Shown: positions 17,886 through 27,284, numbered from the stretch's first letter. The stretch: 64,000 nt of DNA from an uncultured Chloroflexia bacterium (GCA_963834915.1 CAWIDI010000005.1:867111-931110), one strand, 5' to 3'. The notes: a model not told the origin generated them from the sequence alone. Numbers and translations: made by a program.

Positions 17886-20405
17886 TCACTCGTACGCGAC
17901 CGCCCGGATGATCGAGATCCGCGAGGCGATCCCGGCCGGATACGCCGCGGCCAGCATCGACAGCGCCACGCCGAGCAGGATCGACCCGACGACCGTCGCC
18001 CACGGGATCGAGAGCGCGGCGGCCACCGATCCCCCGGCCAGGACGACCATCAGGGCACCGACCAGCAGCCCGGCCAGGATCCCTACCAGCGACCCGGCGA
18101 CGCCGATGACACCGGCCTCGACGACGACCGACCGCCACACCTGGCGACGGGTCATGCCGGCGGCCCGCAGGATCCCGATCTCGCGGACCCGCTCCATCAC
18201 GTTCATGGTCAGGGTGTTGGCGATGCCGAGCGTGGCGATGATGACCGCCACGATCGCGAGGATGTCGAACAAGCCGAACACACGGATCAGGGCATCGTCG
18301 ATGGCGCCCTGGACCTGGTCGAGGGTGACGACCTCGAACGCGGACAGGGCGGCTGTCGCCCGGAACGACGCCTCCTGGACCGGCGTGATGCCAGCGTCGA
18401 ACGTGACCGCGAACGCATCCGCTCCGGAGACCCCGAGCGTGCCCGCGGCATCGGTCCAGCCGACCAGGACGGTCTCCCCGCCACGACCCGGGAGCGTCCG
18501 CTCGGCGATGCCCACGACGCGGAGGTGCATGGTCGTCGCGTCCGCGGTCCCCACGGTCAGCTCGTCGTCGATCGCGAGATGGAGCCGGTCCGCGAGCGAG
18601 GCCGGCACGATCGCCGCGCCGCCCGCGTCGAGCGCCCGGAGGGCCGTGAGCCGGTCGCCCTGGACCATCGTGAGCCGGTCTGCCTTGGCGAGGTCCGCGC
18701 CGACCATCGCCGCGCCGTCGACGGCGATCCCGTTCACCGCCAGATCGAACGTCGCGATCGGGCTCACGCCCGCCACGCCTGGCTGATCGCCCAGGTCCAC
18801 GACACCGGGCTCATCGGTCGCGGCGGGACGGATGGAGGTCACGAGGACGTCCCCGGGGACGACCTCGCCGACCCAGGCGCCCGCCGACGCCCGGGCATGC
18901 TGGCCCACGCCGCCAAGGGCGACGACGAGCGCGACGCCCACCGCGAGCGCACCGAGGGTCAGGGTGGTGCGGCTGCGGTCGCGCACGATCGTGGCTCGTG
19001 CGAGCCGCTCCTCGAGCGCGAAGACCAGGCGGAACGGCAGGCCGCCGAGGCGGGCCAGCATCGGCACGAGGAACGGCACGAGCAGCGTCGCGATCAGCAG
19101 GACGCCATAGACCGCGAGGGCGCGGATCGCCCCCGCGGAACCGGCATCGCGTGGCCAGACGAGCAGCCCGGCGAGACCGACGACGACGAAGACCAGGAGC
19201 AGCCAGCCGAGCCGGGCACGTCGCGCCGGCGCCTGGTCGAGCCGGGCACGCAGGGCCTCGACGGGCGGGATGTGGGACGCGCGGATCGCTGGCTCGACGG
19301 CGGCCGCGAGGGTGACGGCCATGCCCGTGACGAACGCGATCAGGACCGCCCCGGCCGAGAACGACGGCGCATCGAGGGTCAGCGCGCCGACGCTCCCGAG
19401 CCATGCGGTCATGAGGTTGGCGAGGAGCCCCCCGAGGAGGATGCCGATCGAGGCCCCGATGACGCCGACCGCCACCGCCTGGACGAGGATGAAGCGCTCG
19501 ACCTGGCCGCGGGTCGCGCCGGCGGCGCGGAGCAGGCCGACCTCGCGCATCCGCTCGAGGACGGTCATCGACAACGTGTTCACGATCAGGAATGCGCCGG
19601 CGAAGAGGGCGATCGCGGCGATGAGCGCGGTCGTGGCCTGGAAGTCCGCGGTGGAGGCGCGCAGCCCGTCGGCGAGGTCCTGGGGCGAGGCGACGACGTA
19701 CGGTTCGATCAACAGGCGGGACTCGAGGGCGACGATGACGTCGGCCGGCACCGCACCGGGCGCCAGGCCGAGATCCACGCGGGTCAGTCCGGCCTGGTCG
19801 AAGACGGCCTGCGCGGTCTTCAGCGGCACCACCACGGTCCGGCCGTCGGACGCGCCGAGCGGCCCGCCGCTGGCGAGGATGCCGATGACGCGATACTCGG
19901 CCGGCGCGCCCGCACCCAGGACGCTGATCGTCGATCCGATCGTCAGGCCATCCTCGGCCGCGAGGCGCTGATCGATCAGGGCGCTCGGTTCGTCACTCCC
20001 CGTGAGCGGACTGCCGGCGGCCAGGGCAAGGTCGTGGAGTCGCGGCTCGGCGGCCGGGTCGATGCCGAGGATCGTCACCGACGGCGGGAGCGAGCCGTCG
20101 ACGGTCGGCCCGGCGATGTAGGTCCGCTTCTCGAGGGCCGGGGCCGCGATCTCGACGCCGGGCGTGCCGGTGATCGCGGCGTAGCTCTCCTGGCTCAGCC
20201 CCGATTCGCTGAAGGCGGTGATACGCAGGTCGGCCCGGCCGACGAGCGCCTGGACCGTGCGGTCGGCGGCCGTCGCGATCCCGTCGCCCGTGGCCAGGCC
20301 CGCGAACAGGACCGAGACCCCGAGCGCGACACCGACGATCGTCAGCGAGGTGCGCAGGCGGCGCGCGCGGAGGCTCCGCAGCGCGAGCCGGGTCAGCCCG
20401 GACAT
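17886..20405 (-). CDS. ABC transporter permease with two FtsX-like domains (MacB/YbbP-type, 839 aa)
   Basis: MSGLTRLALRSLRARRLRTSLTIVGVALGVSVLFA... and repeated ...LSMTVLERMREVGLLRAAGATRGQV / ...LTMNVMERVREIGILRAAGMTRRQV FtsX motifs. Confidence 0.85.
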   Translation of the reverse strand: MSGLTRLALRSLRARRLRTSLTIVGVALGVSVLFAGLATGDGIATAADRTVQALVGRADLRITAFSESGLSQESYAAITGTPGVEIAAPALEKRTYIAGPTVDGSLPPSVTILGIDPAAEPRLHDLALAAGSPLTGSDEPSALIDQRLAAEDGLTIGSTISVLGAGAPAEYRVIGILASGGPLGASDGRTVVVPLKTAQAVFDQAGLTRVDLGLAPGAVPADVIVALESRLLIEPYVVASPQDLADGLRASTADFQATTALIAAIALFAGAFLIVNTLSMTVLERMREVGLLRAAGATRGQVERFILVQAVAVGVIGASIGILLGGLLANLMTAWLGSVGALTLDAPSFSAGAVLIAFVTGMAVTLAAAVEPAIRASHIPPVEALRARLDQAPARRARLGWLLLVFVVVGLAGLLVWPRDAGSAGAIRALAVYGVLLIATLLVPFLVPMLARLGGLPFRLVFALEERLARATIVRDRSRTTLTLGALAVGVALVVALGGVGQHARASAGAWVGEVVPGDVLVTSIRPAATDEPGVVDLGDQPGVAGVSPIATFDLAVNGIAVDGAAMVGADLAKADRLTMVQGDRLTALRALDAGGAAIVPASLADRLHLAIDDELTVGTADATTMHLRVVGIAERTLPGRGGETVLVGWTDAAGTLGVSGADAFAVTFDAGITPVQEASFRATAALSAFEVVTLDQVQGAIDDALIRVFGLFDILAIVAVIIATLGIANTLTMNVMERVREIGILRAAGMTRRQVWRSVVVEAGVIGVAGSLVGILAGLLVGALMVVLAGGSVAAALSIPWATVVGSILLGVALSMLAAAYPAGIASRISIIRAVAYE

Positions 20406-20420
20406 CGTCGGCCCGCCCGC

Positions 20421-21173
20421 CTACAGACCGAGCTGGGCGAGCCGGGCGATCAGGGGCGCGGCGTCGTGCGACTCGCGCCGGCCGAGGTGGATGGAATCGC
20501 GGATCGTGCCGTCGGCGATGACCAGCACGCGGTCCGCGTAGGCCGCCGCCTTCGAATCGTGGGTCACGAGGACGATCGTCTGGTGGCGCTCCACGCACGA
20601 TCGCCACAGCGCGTCGAGGATCTCCGAGCCGCTCGTGTAGTCGAGGTTGCCCGTCGGCTCGTCCGCGAAGAGCAGCGCCGGGCGGGTGACGAGCGCCCGG
20701 GCGATGGCCACGCGCTGCTGCTCGCCGGCCGACAGCTGGTCCGGCTTGTGATGCTCCTTGCCGGCGAGGTCGACGAGCGCGATGGCCTCCTCGATCCGGT
20801 CGTGGAGCGCGCCTCGCGACGGGTCGTCGCCGGCGATCGTGAACGGCAGCCCGACGTTCTCGGTCACGTCGAGGAGCGGGATGAGGTTGAAGGACTGGAA
20901 CACGAAGCCGGTCCGGTCGCGGCGCAGCTTCGTCGCCTGGTCATCCGAGAGGCGGCTGATGGTCTCGCCCTGGAGGATCACCTCGCCCGACGTCGGCTGG
21001 TCGAGCCCGCCGAGGAGCTGCAGGAGCGTCGACTTGCCGGACCCGGACGGGCCCATCAGGGCCACGAACTCGCCCTCGGCGACATCGAGCGAGACGTCGC
21101 GCACCGCCTCGACCGTGGTCTGGCCCAGCTGGTACGACTTCGTCAGCTCGCGTGCCTGGAGGATGGGCGGCAT
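20421..21173 (-). CDS. ABC transporter ATP-binding protein (MacB/LolD-like) partnered with the FtsX permease
   Basis: [51 protein letters not shown]...[32 protein letters not shown]; alternative upstream start at 21245 would overlap the CAP gene stop. Confidence 0.85.
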   Translation of the reverse strand: MPPILQARELTKSYQLGQTTVEAVRDVSLDVAEGEFVALMGPSGSGKSTLLQLLGGLDQPTSGEVILQGETISRLSDDQATKLRRDRTGFVFQSFNLIPLLDVTENVGLPFTIAGDDPSRGALHDRIEEAIALVDLAGKEHHKPDQLSAGEQQRVAIARALVTRPALLFADEPTGNLDYTSGSEILDALWRSCVERHQTIVLVTHDSKAAAYADRVLVIADGTIRDSIHLGRRESHDAAPLIARLAQLGL

Positions 21174-21241
21174 CCGACCGAGTGTATATGCGGACCGCCG
21201 CGCCAGGATCGCGTCGGCGGCCTCGGCCTGCAGGGTGGTCG

Positions 21242-22123
21242 TCACGGGCCGAACAGGAGTCCGGTGACTCCCCCCACGATCGACTCGAGCAGGCCGCCCG
21301 ACGCCGGCGGGTCGAGGACGCGCAGGCCGTGGCCGCTTCCGACATCGGCGACCTTCGTGGCGCCGAGGGGCGCGTCGCCCGCGCCCGGCTCGGCCGAGGG
21401 CGTGGGCAGCGCCGACGGGATGGCGGGGCTCAGGGACGGGCTCGGCTCAGCGGCGATCTCGAGCGTGGGCACTGGCGTCGGTTTCCGGGTGGGCTTCGGC
21501 GTGGGACGCGGGGTCGCCTTCACGGTCGGCTTCGGCTTGGGCTTGGCGGTCGGCTTGGGGGTCGGCTTCGGCGCGCTGGTCGATCCGCACCGGTCGGCGA
21601 AGAGCACGGTCCACATCTTCTTGCCGCTCGCGCTCTGGTAGGCACCGACGCCGATCACGTCGTACGACTTCCCGAGGATGTTGGCGCGATGCCCGGACGA
21701 GCCCAGGAACGCCGAGTTGATCCGCGCGGTGGCCACCGAATCCGCCTCGTAGTTGTAGCCGATGTTCTCGCCGGCCGAGTGGTAGCAGTACCCCTTGTCG
21801 TTCATGATGTCGAACACCTTGCCGACGCCCGGGATGCTGTGGCTGAAGTAGTCGCGGACGATCATGTCCTTGCTGCGGCCGCGCGCGATGGAGGTCAGCG
21901 TCGAGTCCACCCGCAGCGCCTTGAGGCCGGCCGCCGCGCGCGCCTGGTTGTGGAGGGCGACCAGCTGCTTCTCGGACGCGGACGAGAACGAGTTCGCGCC
22001 CCACGCGAAGGTCGAGGCAGGCGTGGCGAGCGTGGCCGCGGCCGTGATCGTGAACACGAGCGCGACGAGCGCCGCGAGGCGCCGGGGATCGAGGTTCGGG
22101 ATGCGTGGGGACATGTGGTCCAA
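21242..22123 (-). CDS. Secreted CAP-domain (SCP/PR-1-like) protein with Pro/Thr/Lys-rich linker and hydrophobic C-terminal tail
   Basis: Signal peptide (LAALVALVFTITAAATLATPAS); CAP core (ALHNQARAAAGLKALRVDSTL...HYTQ-like GHRANILGKSYDVIGVG); linker APKPTPKPTAKPKPKPTVKATPRPTPKPTRKPTPVPT. Confidence 0.75.
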   Translation of the reverse strand: MDHMSPRIPNLDPRRLAALVALVFTITAAATLATPASTFAWGANSFSSASEKQLVALHNQARAAAGLKALRVDSTLTSIARGRSKDMIVRDYFSHSIPGVGKVFDIMNDKGYCYHSAGENIGYNYEADSVATARINSAFLGSSGHRANILGKSYDVIGVGAYQSASGKKMWTVLFADRCGSTSAPKPTPKPTAKPKPKPTVKATPRPTPKPTRKPTPVPTLEIAAEPSPSLSPAIPSALPTPSAEPGAGDAPLGATKVADVGSGHGLRVLDPPASGGLLESIVGGVTGLLFGP

Positions 22124-22267
22124 CCGTACCGGTGGGTCGGGCCTGCTGCCCCCGGCGCGATGGTCCCGGCGACGACGGTCGCTGGTACTGCGGTCGGGGT
22201 CGGTCTGGGGTGGTCTGCTGGGGTGCGGTGTGGTCGGTGCGGTGCGCTTGGGGCCGGCACCGGCGCG

Positions 22268-23728
22268 TCAGGTCGCGACGTTCGCCCTCGCCTTGACGCG
22301 GTCGGCGGCCGCGAGGATCGTCCGGGCGGCCAGCTCGGCCTCGTCGGCGCCGGTACCCCAGTTGGAGACCGAGACCCGGATGGCGGCCATGCCGTGCCAC
22401 GTCGTCCCCGACAGCCAGATGGTCCCCTCCTCCTGGATCTCGAGCAGCGCCGCCCGCGTCAGCGCATCGGACGCGGCGGGGTCGCGGTCGTCGGTCTCGA
22501 AGCGGACGAGGACCTGGTTGAGCACGACGTCGTTGAGGACGGTGGCGCCGGGCGCGGCCTCGATCCGGTCGGCGATGCGCCGCGCGACCCAGCAGCCGCG
22601 CTCGACCAGGTCGCGCACGCCCGACCGCCCGAGGCTGCGCAGGGCGGCGTACAGCGAGAAGCCGCGGGCGCGCCGCGAGAACTCCGGGTTCCAGTACATC
22701 TGCTCGCGCTCCTGCGCCGCGGTGTACTCGAGGTACGCGGCGCGCGGGGGCGCCATCGCCGCGGCGTGGGCAGCCGGGTGGGCGACGAACGCGAGCCCCG
22801 AGTCGTACGGCACGTTGAGCCACTTGTGGGCGTCGGTGGCCCACGAATTGGCCCGCTCCGCGCCGTCGAGCAGGTACGCGGTCGTGGGGCTGGCCTGCGC
22901 CCACATCCCGAAGGCGCCGTCGATGTGGACCCAGGCGCCCTCGCGTCGGCGGACCAGGTCGATCATCGGGCCGATCGGGTCGAACGAGCCGGTGTTCACG
23001 TTGCCGGCCTGCAGGCAGACGATCAGCGGTCGCCCGGCCGGGAGGCCGTCCAGGACGGCCTCGAGCGCGTCGAGCCGCATGCGGCCCTGCCCGTCCGCGG
23101 CAGCGGTGTGGACGCGGTCGCGGCCCAGGCCGAGGAACTGCAGCGCCCCGCCGATCGTGGAGTGGGCTTCGGCGCCGACGACCACTTCGATCTCCGGCGC
23201 ACCGATGAGGCCTCGCGACTCGACGTCCCAGCCAGCCGCCTCGAGGACCGCGTGCCGCGCGGCCGCGAGGCACGTGAAGTGCGCCATCTGGCAGCCCGAG
23301 ACCAGGCCGAAGCTGGTCCCGGCCGGCAGGCCGAGCAGGTCGATGATCCACGCCCCGACGGCCTCCTCCACGACGGATGCCGCGGGTCCGCCCGAGTAGA
23401 GGCCCGCGTTCTGGTCCCAGGCCGAGGTCAGCCAGTCGGCCGCGACCGAGGCGGGCACGGCGCCGCCGATGACGTAGCCGAAGTAACGCGGGCCGGCCAT
23501 CGAGACGATCCCGGGGTCGGCGTCGCGCGCGAGCCGCTCGATGACCTCGACCGGATCCTCGCCGTGCTCGGGGAGCGGCGTCCACAGCGCCGCGCGGAGC
23601 CCGGCGACGTCGTGGTCGACCAGGACCGGCCGATCCGGCAATCCGCGCAGGTACTCCGTGGCGATCTCGGCGGCCCGCGCCAGCAGCGGTCCCGGATCCT
23701 CGCGCCTCGCCCTGGGCTCGTCGGTCAT
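22268..23728 (-). CDS. Pyridoxal-phosphate-dependent amino-acid decarboxylase (group II, fold type I)
   Basis: ...SGCQMAHFTCLAAARH...AWVHIDGAFGMW...WATDAHKWLNVPYDSGLAFV (PLP-lysine HKW motif); 486 aa. Confidence 0.8.
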   Translation of the reverse strand: MTDEPRARREDPGPLLARAAEIATEYLRGLPDRPVLVDHDVAGLRAALWTPLPEHGEDPVEVIERLARDADPGIVSMAGPRYFGYVIGGAVPASVAADWLTSAWDQNAGLYSGGPAASVVEEAVGAWIIDLLGLPAGTSFGLVSGCQMAHFTCLAAARHAVLEAAGWDVESRGLIGAPEIEVVVGAEAHSTIGGALQFLGLGRDRVHTAAADGQGRMRLDALEAVLDGLPAGRPLIVCLQAGNVNTGSFDPIGPMIDLVRRREGAWVHIDGAFGMWAQASPTTAYLLDGAERANSWATDAHKWLNVPYDSGLAFVAHPAAHAAAMAPPRAAYLEYTAAQEREQMYWNPEFSRRARGFSLYAALRSLGRSGVRDLVERGCWVARRIADRIEAAPGATVLNDVVLNQVLVRFETDDRDPAASDALTRAALLEIQEEGTIWLSGTTWHGMAAIRVSVSNWGTGADEAELAARTILAAADRVKARANVAT

Positions 23729-23879
23729 GGCTCGCTCCGATGCGGCGGTCGCTCACGCGACCGGAGGGGACCATGATGCACCGACCGCACGGGGCTGGCA
23801 GCGTGCGTGTTTCCGGGTACACTGCCTCCGCCCACAGCTCCCGGGACCCGCGATGAGCGGTCCGGCGGAGCGATCCGCG

Positions 23880-23954
23880 GTGGCCTTAGCTCAATGGCAG
23901 AGCATCGGATTGTGGCTCCGAAGGTTACGGGTTCGAGCCCCGTAGGCCACCCCA
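23880..23954 (+). tRNA. tRNA-His (anticodon GTG), with genomically encoded G-1 (23879) and CCA (23952-23954)
   Basis: Manual fold: acceptor GTGGCCT/AGGCCAC, D-stem GCTC/GAGC, anticodon stem TCGGA/TCCGA with loop TTGTGGC (anticodon GTG), T-arm ACGGG-TTCGAGC-CCCGT, discriminator C then CCA; G at 23879 can pair with C73 as in bacterial tRNA-His. Confidence 0.9.
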
Positions 23955-24365
23955 CCCACCCGTCCGGGCGACCGACGCGATCGACGCGCGAGCCAGCTCC
24001 CCGAGCAGGGCGTCCTGCGCCGCCTCGAAGACCTCGTGGACGTCGCACGGCGTGGAGATCCCGCACGCCGACCCGCGGAGGACGCAGCGCCGACGGCGGT
24101 TGTCGCCCTCCACGGCACGGATCACGTCCAGCAGCGAGACGGCGTCCGCCGGCCGCGCCAGCCGGTACCCACCGGTCCGGCCCGTCCGGACGTCGACGAT
24201 CCCGGCCGAGGCGAGGTCCGTCATCACCCGCGGCAGGACCTGGGCGGGGATGCCCCGGCCGGTGGCCAGGGCCCGCACGCTCAGGCGCTCCTCGCCGTCG
24301 GATGCGGCCAGGGCCACGACGACCCGGATCGCGTAGTCGGCGCGCCTGGTCAGCTCGAGGCGCAT
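23925..24365 (-). CDS. Rrf2-family transcriptional regulator (NsrR/IscR-like)
   Basis: MRLELTRRADYAIRVVVALAASDGEERLSVRALATGRGIPAQVLPRVMTDLASAGIVDVRTGRTGGYRLARP = Rrf2 wHTH; three Cys (CVLRGSACGISTPC) consistent with an Fe-S sensor; 3' end overlaps tRNA-His on the opposite strand by about 30 nt. Confidence 0.75.
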   Translation of the reverse strand: MRLELTRRADYAIRVVVALAASDGEERLSVRALATGRGIPAQVLPRVMTDLASAGIVDVRTGRTGGYRLARPADAVSLLDVIRAVEGDNRRRRCVLRGSACGISTPCDVHEVFEAAQDALLGELARASIASVARTGGWGGLRGSNP

Positions 24366-24375
24366 CGTCGTCCCG

Positions 24376-25823
24376 TCAGTTCGCCGGGTCGCCGTCGCCG
24401 GCCATGAAGATCCCCACCGCGCCCCGCCCGACGAAGTTGAAGGCATGGGTCACGAACGGGTACATCCCGTCCTCCTGCGGGCTGAACTCGATGATCGCGC
24501 CCTGTGCCGGGCTCAGGTCGACCGCCTGCGAGCCCCAGCCGCCGGCATTGCCCTTGACCAGCTGGATGCCCTCCTTCGTGACCGTGTCGAAGATCGTGCC
24601 CACGACGTGGAACGAGCTGTCGATGTTCGGCCCGACGTCGAGCACGAAGACCCGGACCCGGCCCTTGGTCGTGACCTGGACCGGGTTGTCCTTGTACTGG
24701 TCGGCGACCCCGTTGAAGGCCACGAAGTCGGGCGACGGTGCGCCGGCCGCGGCCTTCGCGTAGTCGACCGGCTGGCCCTGGGCGCCCAGGTACCACTCGC
24801 TCTGGACGAGCGCCACCTCCTGGTCGACCTTGGGCAAGCCGCCCTTGGGCTCGACGATGACCATCCCGAACATCCCGTTCGCGATGTGGTGGAGCGTCGG
24901 TGCCGTGCCGCAGTGATACATCCACACGCCAGCGTAGTCGGCGGTGAACGTGTAGATGAAGGTGCCGCCCGGCTTGATCTCGACCATCTGGTCGTTCATG
25001 GCCGTCTGGCTGGCATGGAAGTCGATCGAGTGGCTCATCGACGTGGTGTTGGTCAGGTGGACCCGCACGGTGTCGCCGAGGTGGATGCGGAGCGTCGGGC
25101 CCGGGACGGTCCCGCCGAACGTCCAGGCATGGACGACGAAGCCTCGGCCACCGTGATGTCCTTGTCGACGATCGGCATGTCGACGTCGTGGACGGTGCCC
25201 GGCAGGACGGTCGGCGCCGTCGCGTTGCGGAGCACGTAGGGCGCGGCGTTGGGGTCCGCGACCGGGGCGGCGGCCGTGGCCGCGCCGGTCCCGGCGCCGG
25301 GCGCCGCCGATGCGCTGGCGGTGCCGCCGCCGACCGTGATCGCGCCGGACATGCCGGCCGCCGCGTGTCCCGGGATCGAGCACAGGAAGGTCATGCCGGC
25401 GGCCGGGACGGTCACCTCGCCGGTCACGGTCTTGCCGGACTCGGCCACGAGCTTCGTTCCGTCGGCGAAGGTGAGGTCATGGGTCATCACGCCGGTGTTG
25501 TGGAACGACACGTGGTAGGTGCCGGCTGCGGCGACCGACTGGCTGCCCGGCTTGAACCCGAGGTCGAACGCGTCGATCGCGATCGTGCCCGCGCTCGACA
25601 CGCCGGTGGCCGAGCCGCCCATGTCCATCGAGGCCATCGGCATCGCGGGGACGGCGCTGCCCGTGGCACCCCCGGCCGAGGCGACGTCGGGCTGGGCGGT
25701 CGATGGCGGCCCGCTGGCCCAGCCGCCGCTCGGGAAGCTCGTGCAGCCGGCGATCGCCACGGCGATGCCGGCGATGGCGATCCAACGCAGTCGACGATGC
25801 ATCTCGGTCACTCCCTTGTCCAC
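24376..25823 (-). pseudogene. nirK: Copper-containing nitrite reductase NirK fused to an N-terminal cupredoxin (type-1 Cu) domain, lipoprotein; single-base frameshift at about 25140
   Basis: 256-aa ORF: lipobox IAIAGC, cupredoxin (YHVSFHNTGVMTHDLTF...FLCSIPGHAAAGM), A/G-rich linker, then NirK N-terminus ...VHDVDMPIVDKDITVAE. Frame then shifts (GAGGCTTC observed; GAGGGCTTC would restore) into the 335-aa ORF: FVVHAWTFGGTVPGPTLRIHLGDTVRVHLTN...SHSIDFHAS...MYHCGTAPTLHHIANGMFGMVIVEP (NirK type-1/type-2 Cu ligands). Confidence 0.8.
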
Positions 25824-25934
25824 GGGCCGATCGCTGACCAGCCCTAAACCTTGACTACTGTAGTCAGAGTTTCGGGCGAGACGCGGCGTCCTGCCACCTG
25901 CCGAATGGCCTGTTCTTCGGGGATGAGCGGGCGG

Positions 25935-26390
25935 TCAGCCAGGCGCGGTGTACGCGTCCCGGTTGACCCACACCCAGAGGGCGACCACGAATCTCGCCAG
26001 GAGCGACAGCCCGTACGCCGCGCACCAGACGCAGACGGCGCCAAGCACGACGACCTCGATGTAGGTGAAGTAGACCTCGAACATCACCCCGACGAGGGAG
26101 AGTCCGTAGTGGGCGCCGAGCAGGACCAGTCGCCCGGTCCGGATCCAGGCCGCGGCGAGGACGAGCAGGCTCACCGACAGGAAGACGCCGAAGACCGCGA
26201 CCGGCACGCCGCCGATCCGCGCGTATGGCGACAGGGCGACCGTCTCGCAGCCGGCCAGTGGTCCGCAATACGGCAGGGCGCCGCCCAGCTCGACGACGCT
26301 CAGGTACCCCGCGATCAAGAGCCCGACGAGGTCGAGCGCCATGAGCACGATCCCCGGGCGAAGCCGCGGGTTGGCCCCGCCGACGACCGA
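25935..26390 (-). CDS. Vitamin K epoxide reductase (VKOR) family membrane protein
   Basis: CGPLAGCETV (loop Cys pair) and CVWCAAYG (TM CXXC active site); 4-5 TMS; start uncertain (GTG about 26390 or ATG 26342). Confidence 0.75.
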   Translation of the reverse strand, partial: SVVGGANPRLRPGIVLMALDLVGLLIAGYLSVVELGGALPYCGPLAGCETVALSPYARIGGVPVAVFGVFLSVSLLVLAAAWIRTGRLVLLGAHYGLSLVGVMFEVYFTYIEVVVLGAVCVWCAAYGLSLLARFVVALWVWVNRDAYTAPG

Positions 26391-26394
26391 CACG

Positions 26395-27096
26395 TCAGGA
26401 GGCGGCGGCGGCGATCGCGGCCGCGACCTCCGCATACGTCGCGCCGACCATCAGCTGCCCGCCGATGACCAGCGTGGGCGTCGACTGGACCCCGATCCGC
26501 GCGGCATCGGCGATCGATGCGTTGACCGCCGGTCCGTAGACGCTCGGGTCCATGTCGGCCTCGAAGCGCGTCATGTCGAGGCCGTGCGCTCGCGCCATCT
26601 CGACCAGGCGCTCCTTGACGAGCGCCCCGCTGTTCTCCGCTCCCTGGTTCGCGTAGATGGTCGCCCACATATCCCAGAACCGGTCCTGCCGCGCGGCCGC
26701 CTGTCCTGCGCCGGCCGCGACGAACGACTCCGGCCCGATGAAGGCGAGATCGTGGAACACGAGCTTGGCCCGTCCGCTCGCGAGCTCTCCGGCGGCGAGG
26801 GACGGGAACACGGTCGTGCCCCACCGGGCGCAGGCCGGGCACTGGAAATCCTCGTACAGGTCGATCGTGACCGGGGCATCCGCCCGACCGAGCGTGTAGC
26901 CATCGGTCGGGAGGTTCGCGACGGCCGAGACGACGGGCGATCCGGAGGGGGCGGCCGACGACGGACGGGATGCGACGGCGACGGCGATCAGGAGGACACC
27001 GGCGGCGAGCGCGAGCGCGGAGACCAGGACGAGCGTCGAGGGACGCCGTGGCGCTGGCGGTGGTGGCGCGGCCCGACGGCCCCTGGCCTTGCTCAT
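26395..27096 (-). CDS. DsbA-family thioredoxin-fold thiol:disulfide oxidoreductase, membrane-anchored
   Basis: N-terminal TM anchor, VTIDLYEDFQCPACARW (CXXC in DsbA context), ...GVQSTPTLVIGGQLMVG; adjacent to VKOR as in the actinobacterial DsbA/VKOR system. Confidence 0.8.
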   Translation of the reverse strand: MSKARGRRAAPPPPAPRRPSTLVLVSALALAAGVLLIAVAVASRPSSAAPSGSPVVSAVANLPTDGYTLGRADAPVTIDLYEDFQCPACARWGTTVFPSLAAGELASGRAKLVFHDLAFIGPESFVAAGAGQAAARQDRFWDMWATIYANQGAENSGALVKERLVEMARAHGLDMTRFEADMDPSVYGPAVNASIADAARIGVQSTPTLVIGGQLMVGATYAEVAAAIAAAAS

Positions 27097-27284
27097 CGTC
27101 TGCCCCCTGGCGGCCGCGATCGGTCGCGCGGCGTGGCGACGGACGCGCCGATCGAGACAGCCGTCCGGGTCATGAGGGTGGCCGAACGGCCGGCACCCGG
27201 CAACGTGCCGAAGGCCCCGAACGGTGGGACCTTCGGCCTCCGGCGCATTGCCCTAGACTCCGGGCGACCGATGGTGACGACGTG

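Noticed and set aside
17055-21641. 1528-aa ORF on the plus strand (and similar giants at 1127..3523, 1017..2711, 21447..23822, 28221..30077, 29981..31924, 53660..55236, 56552..58549)
   Set aside because: These are Arg/Gly/Asp/Pro-rich low-complexity translations lying antisense to well-supported genes (FtsX permease, ABC ATPase, CAP protein and others). They are typical stop-codon-poor shadow ORFs of about 70% GC DNA with no family resemblance.
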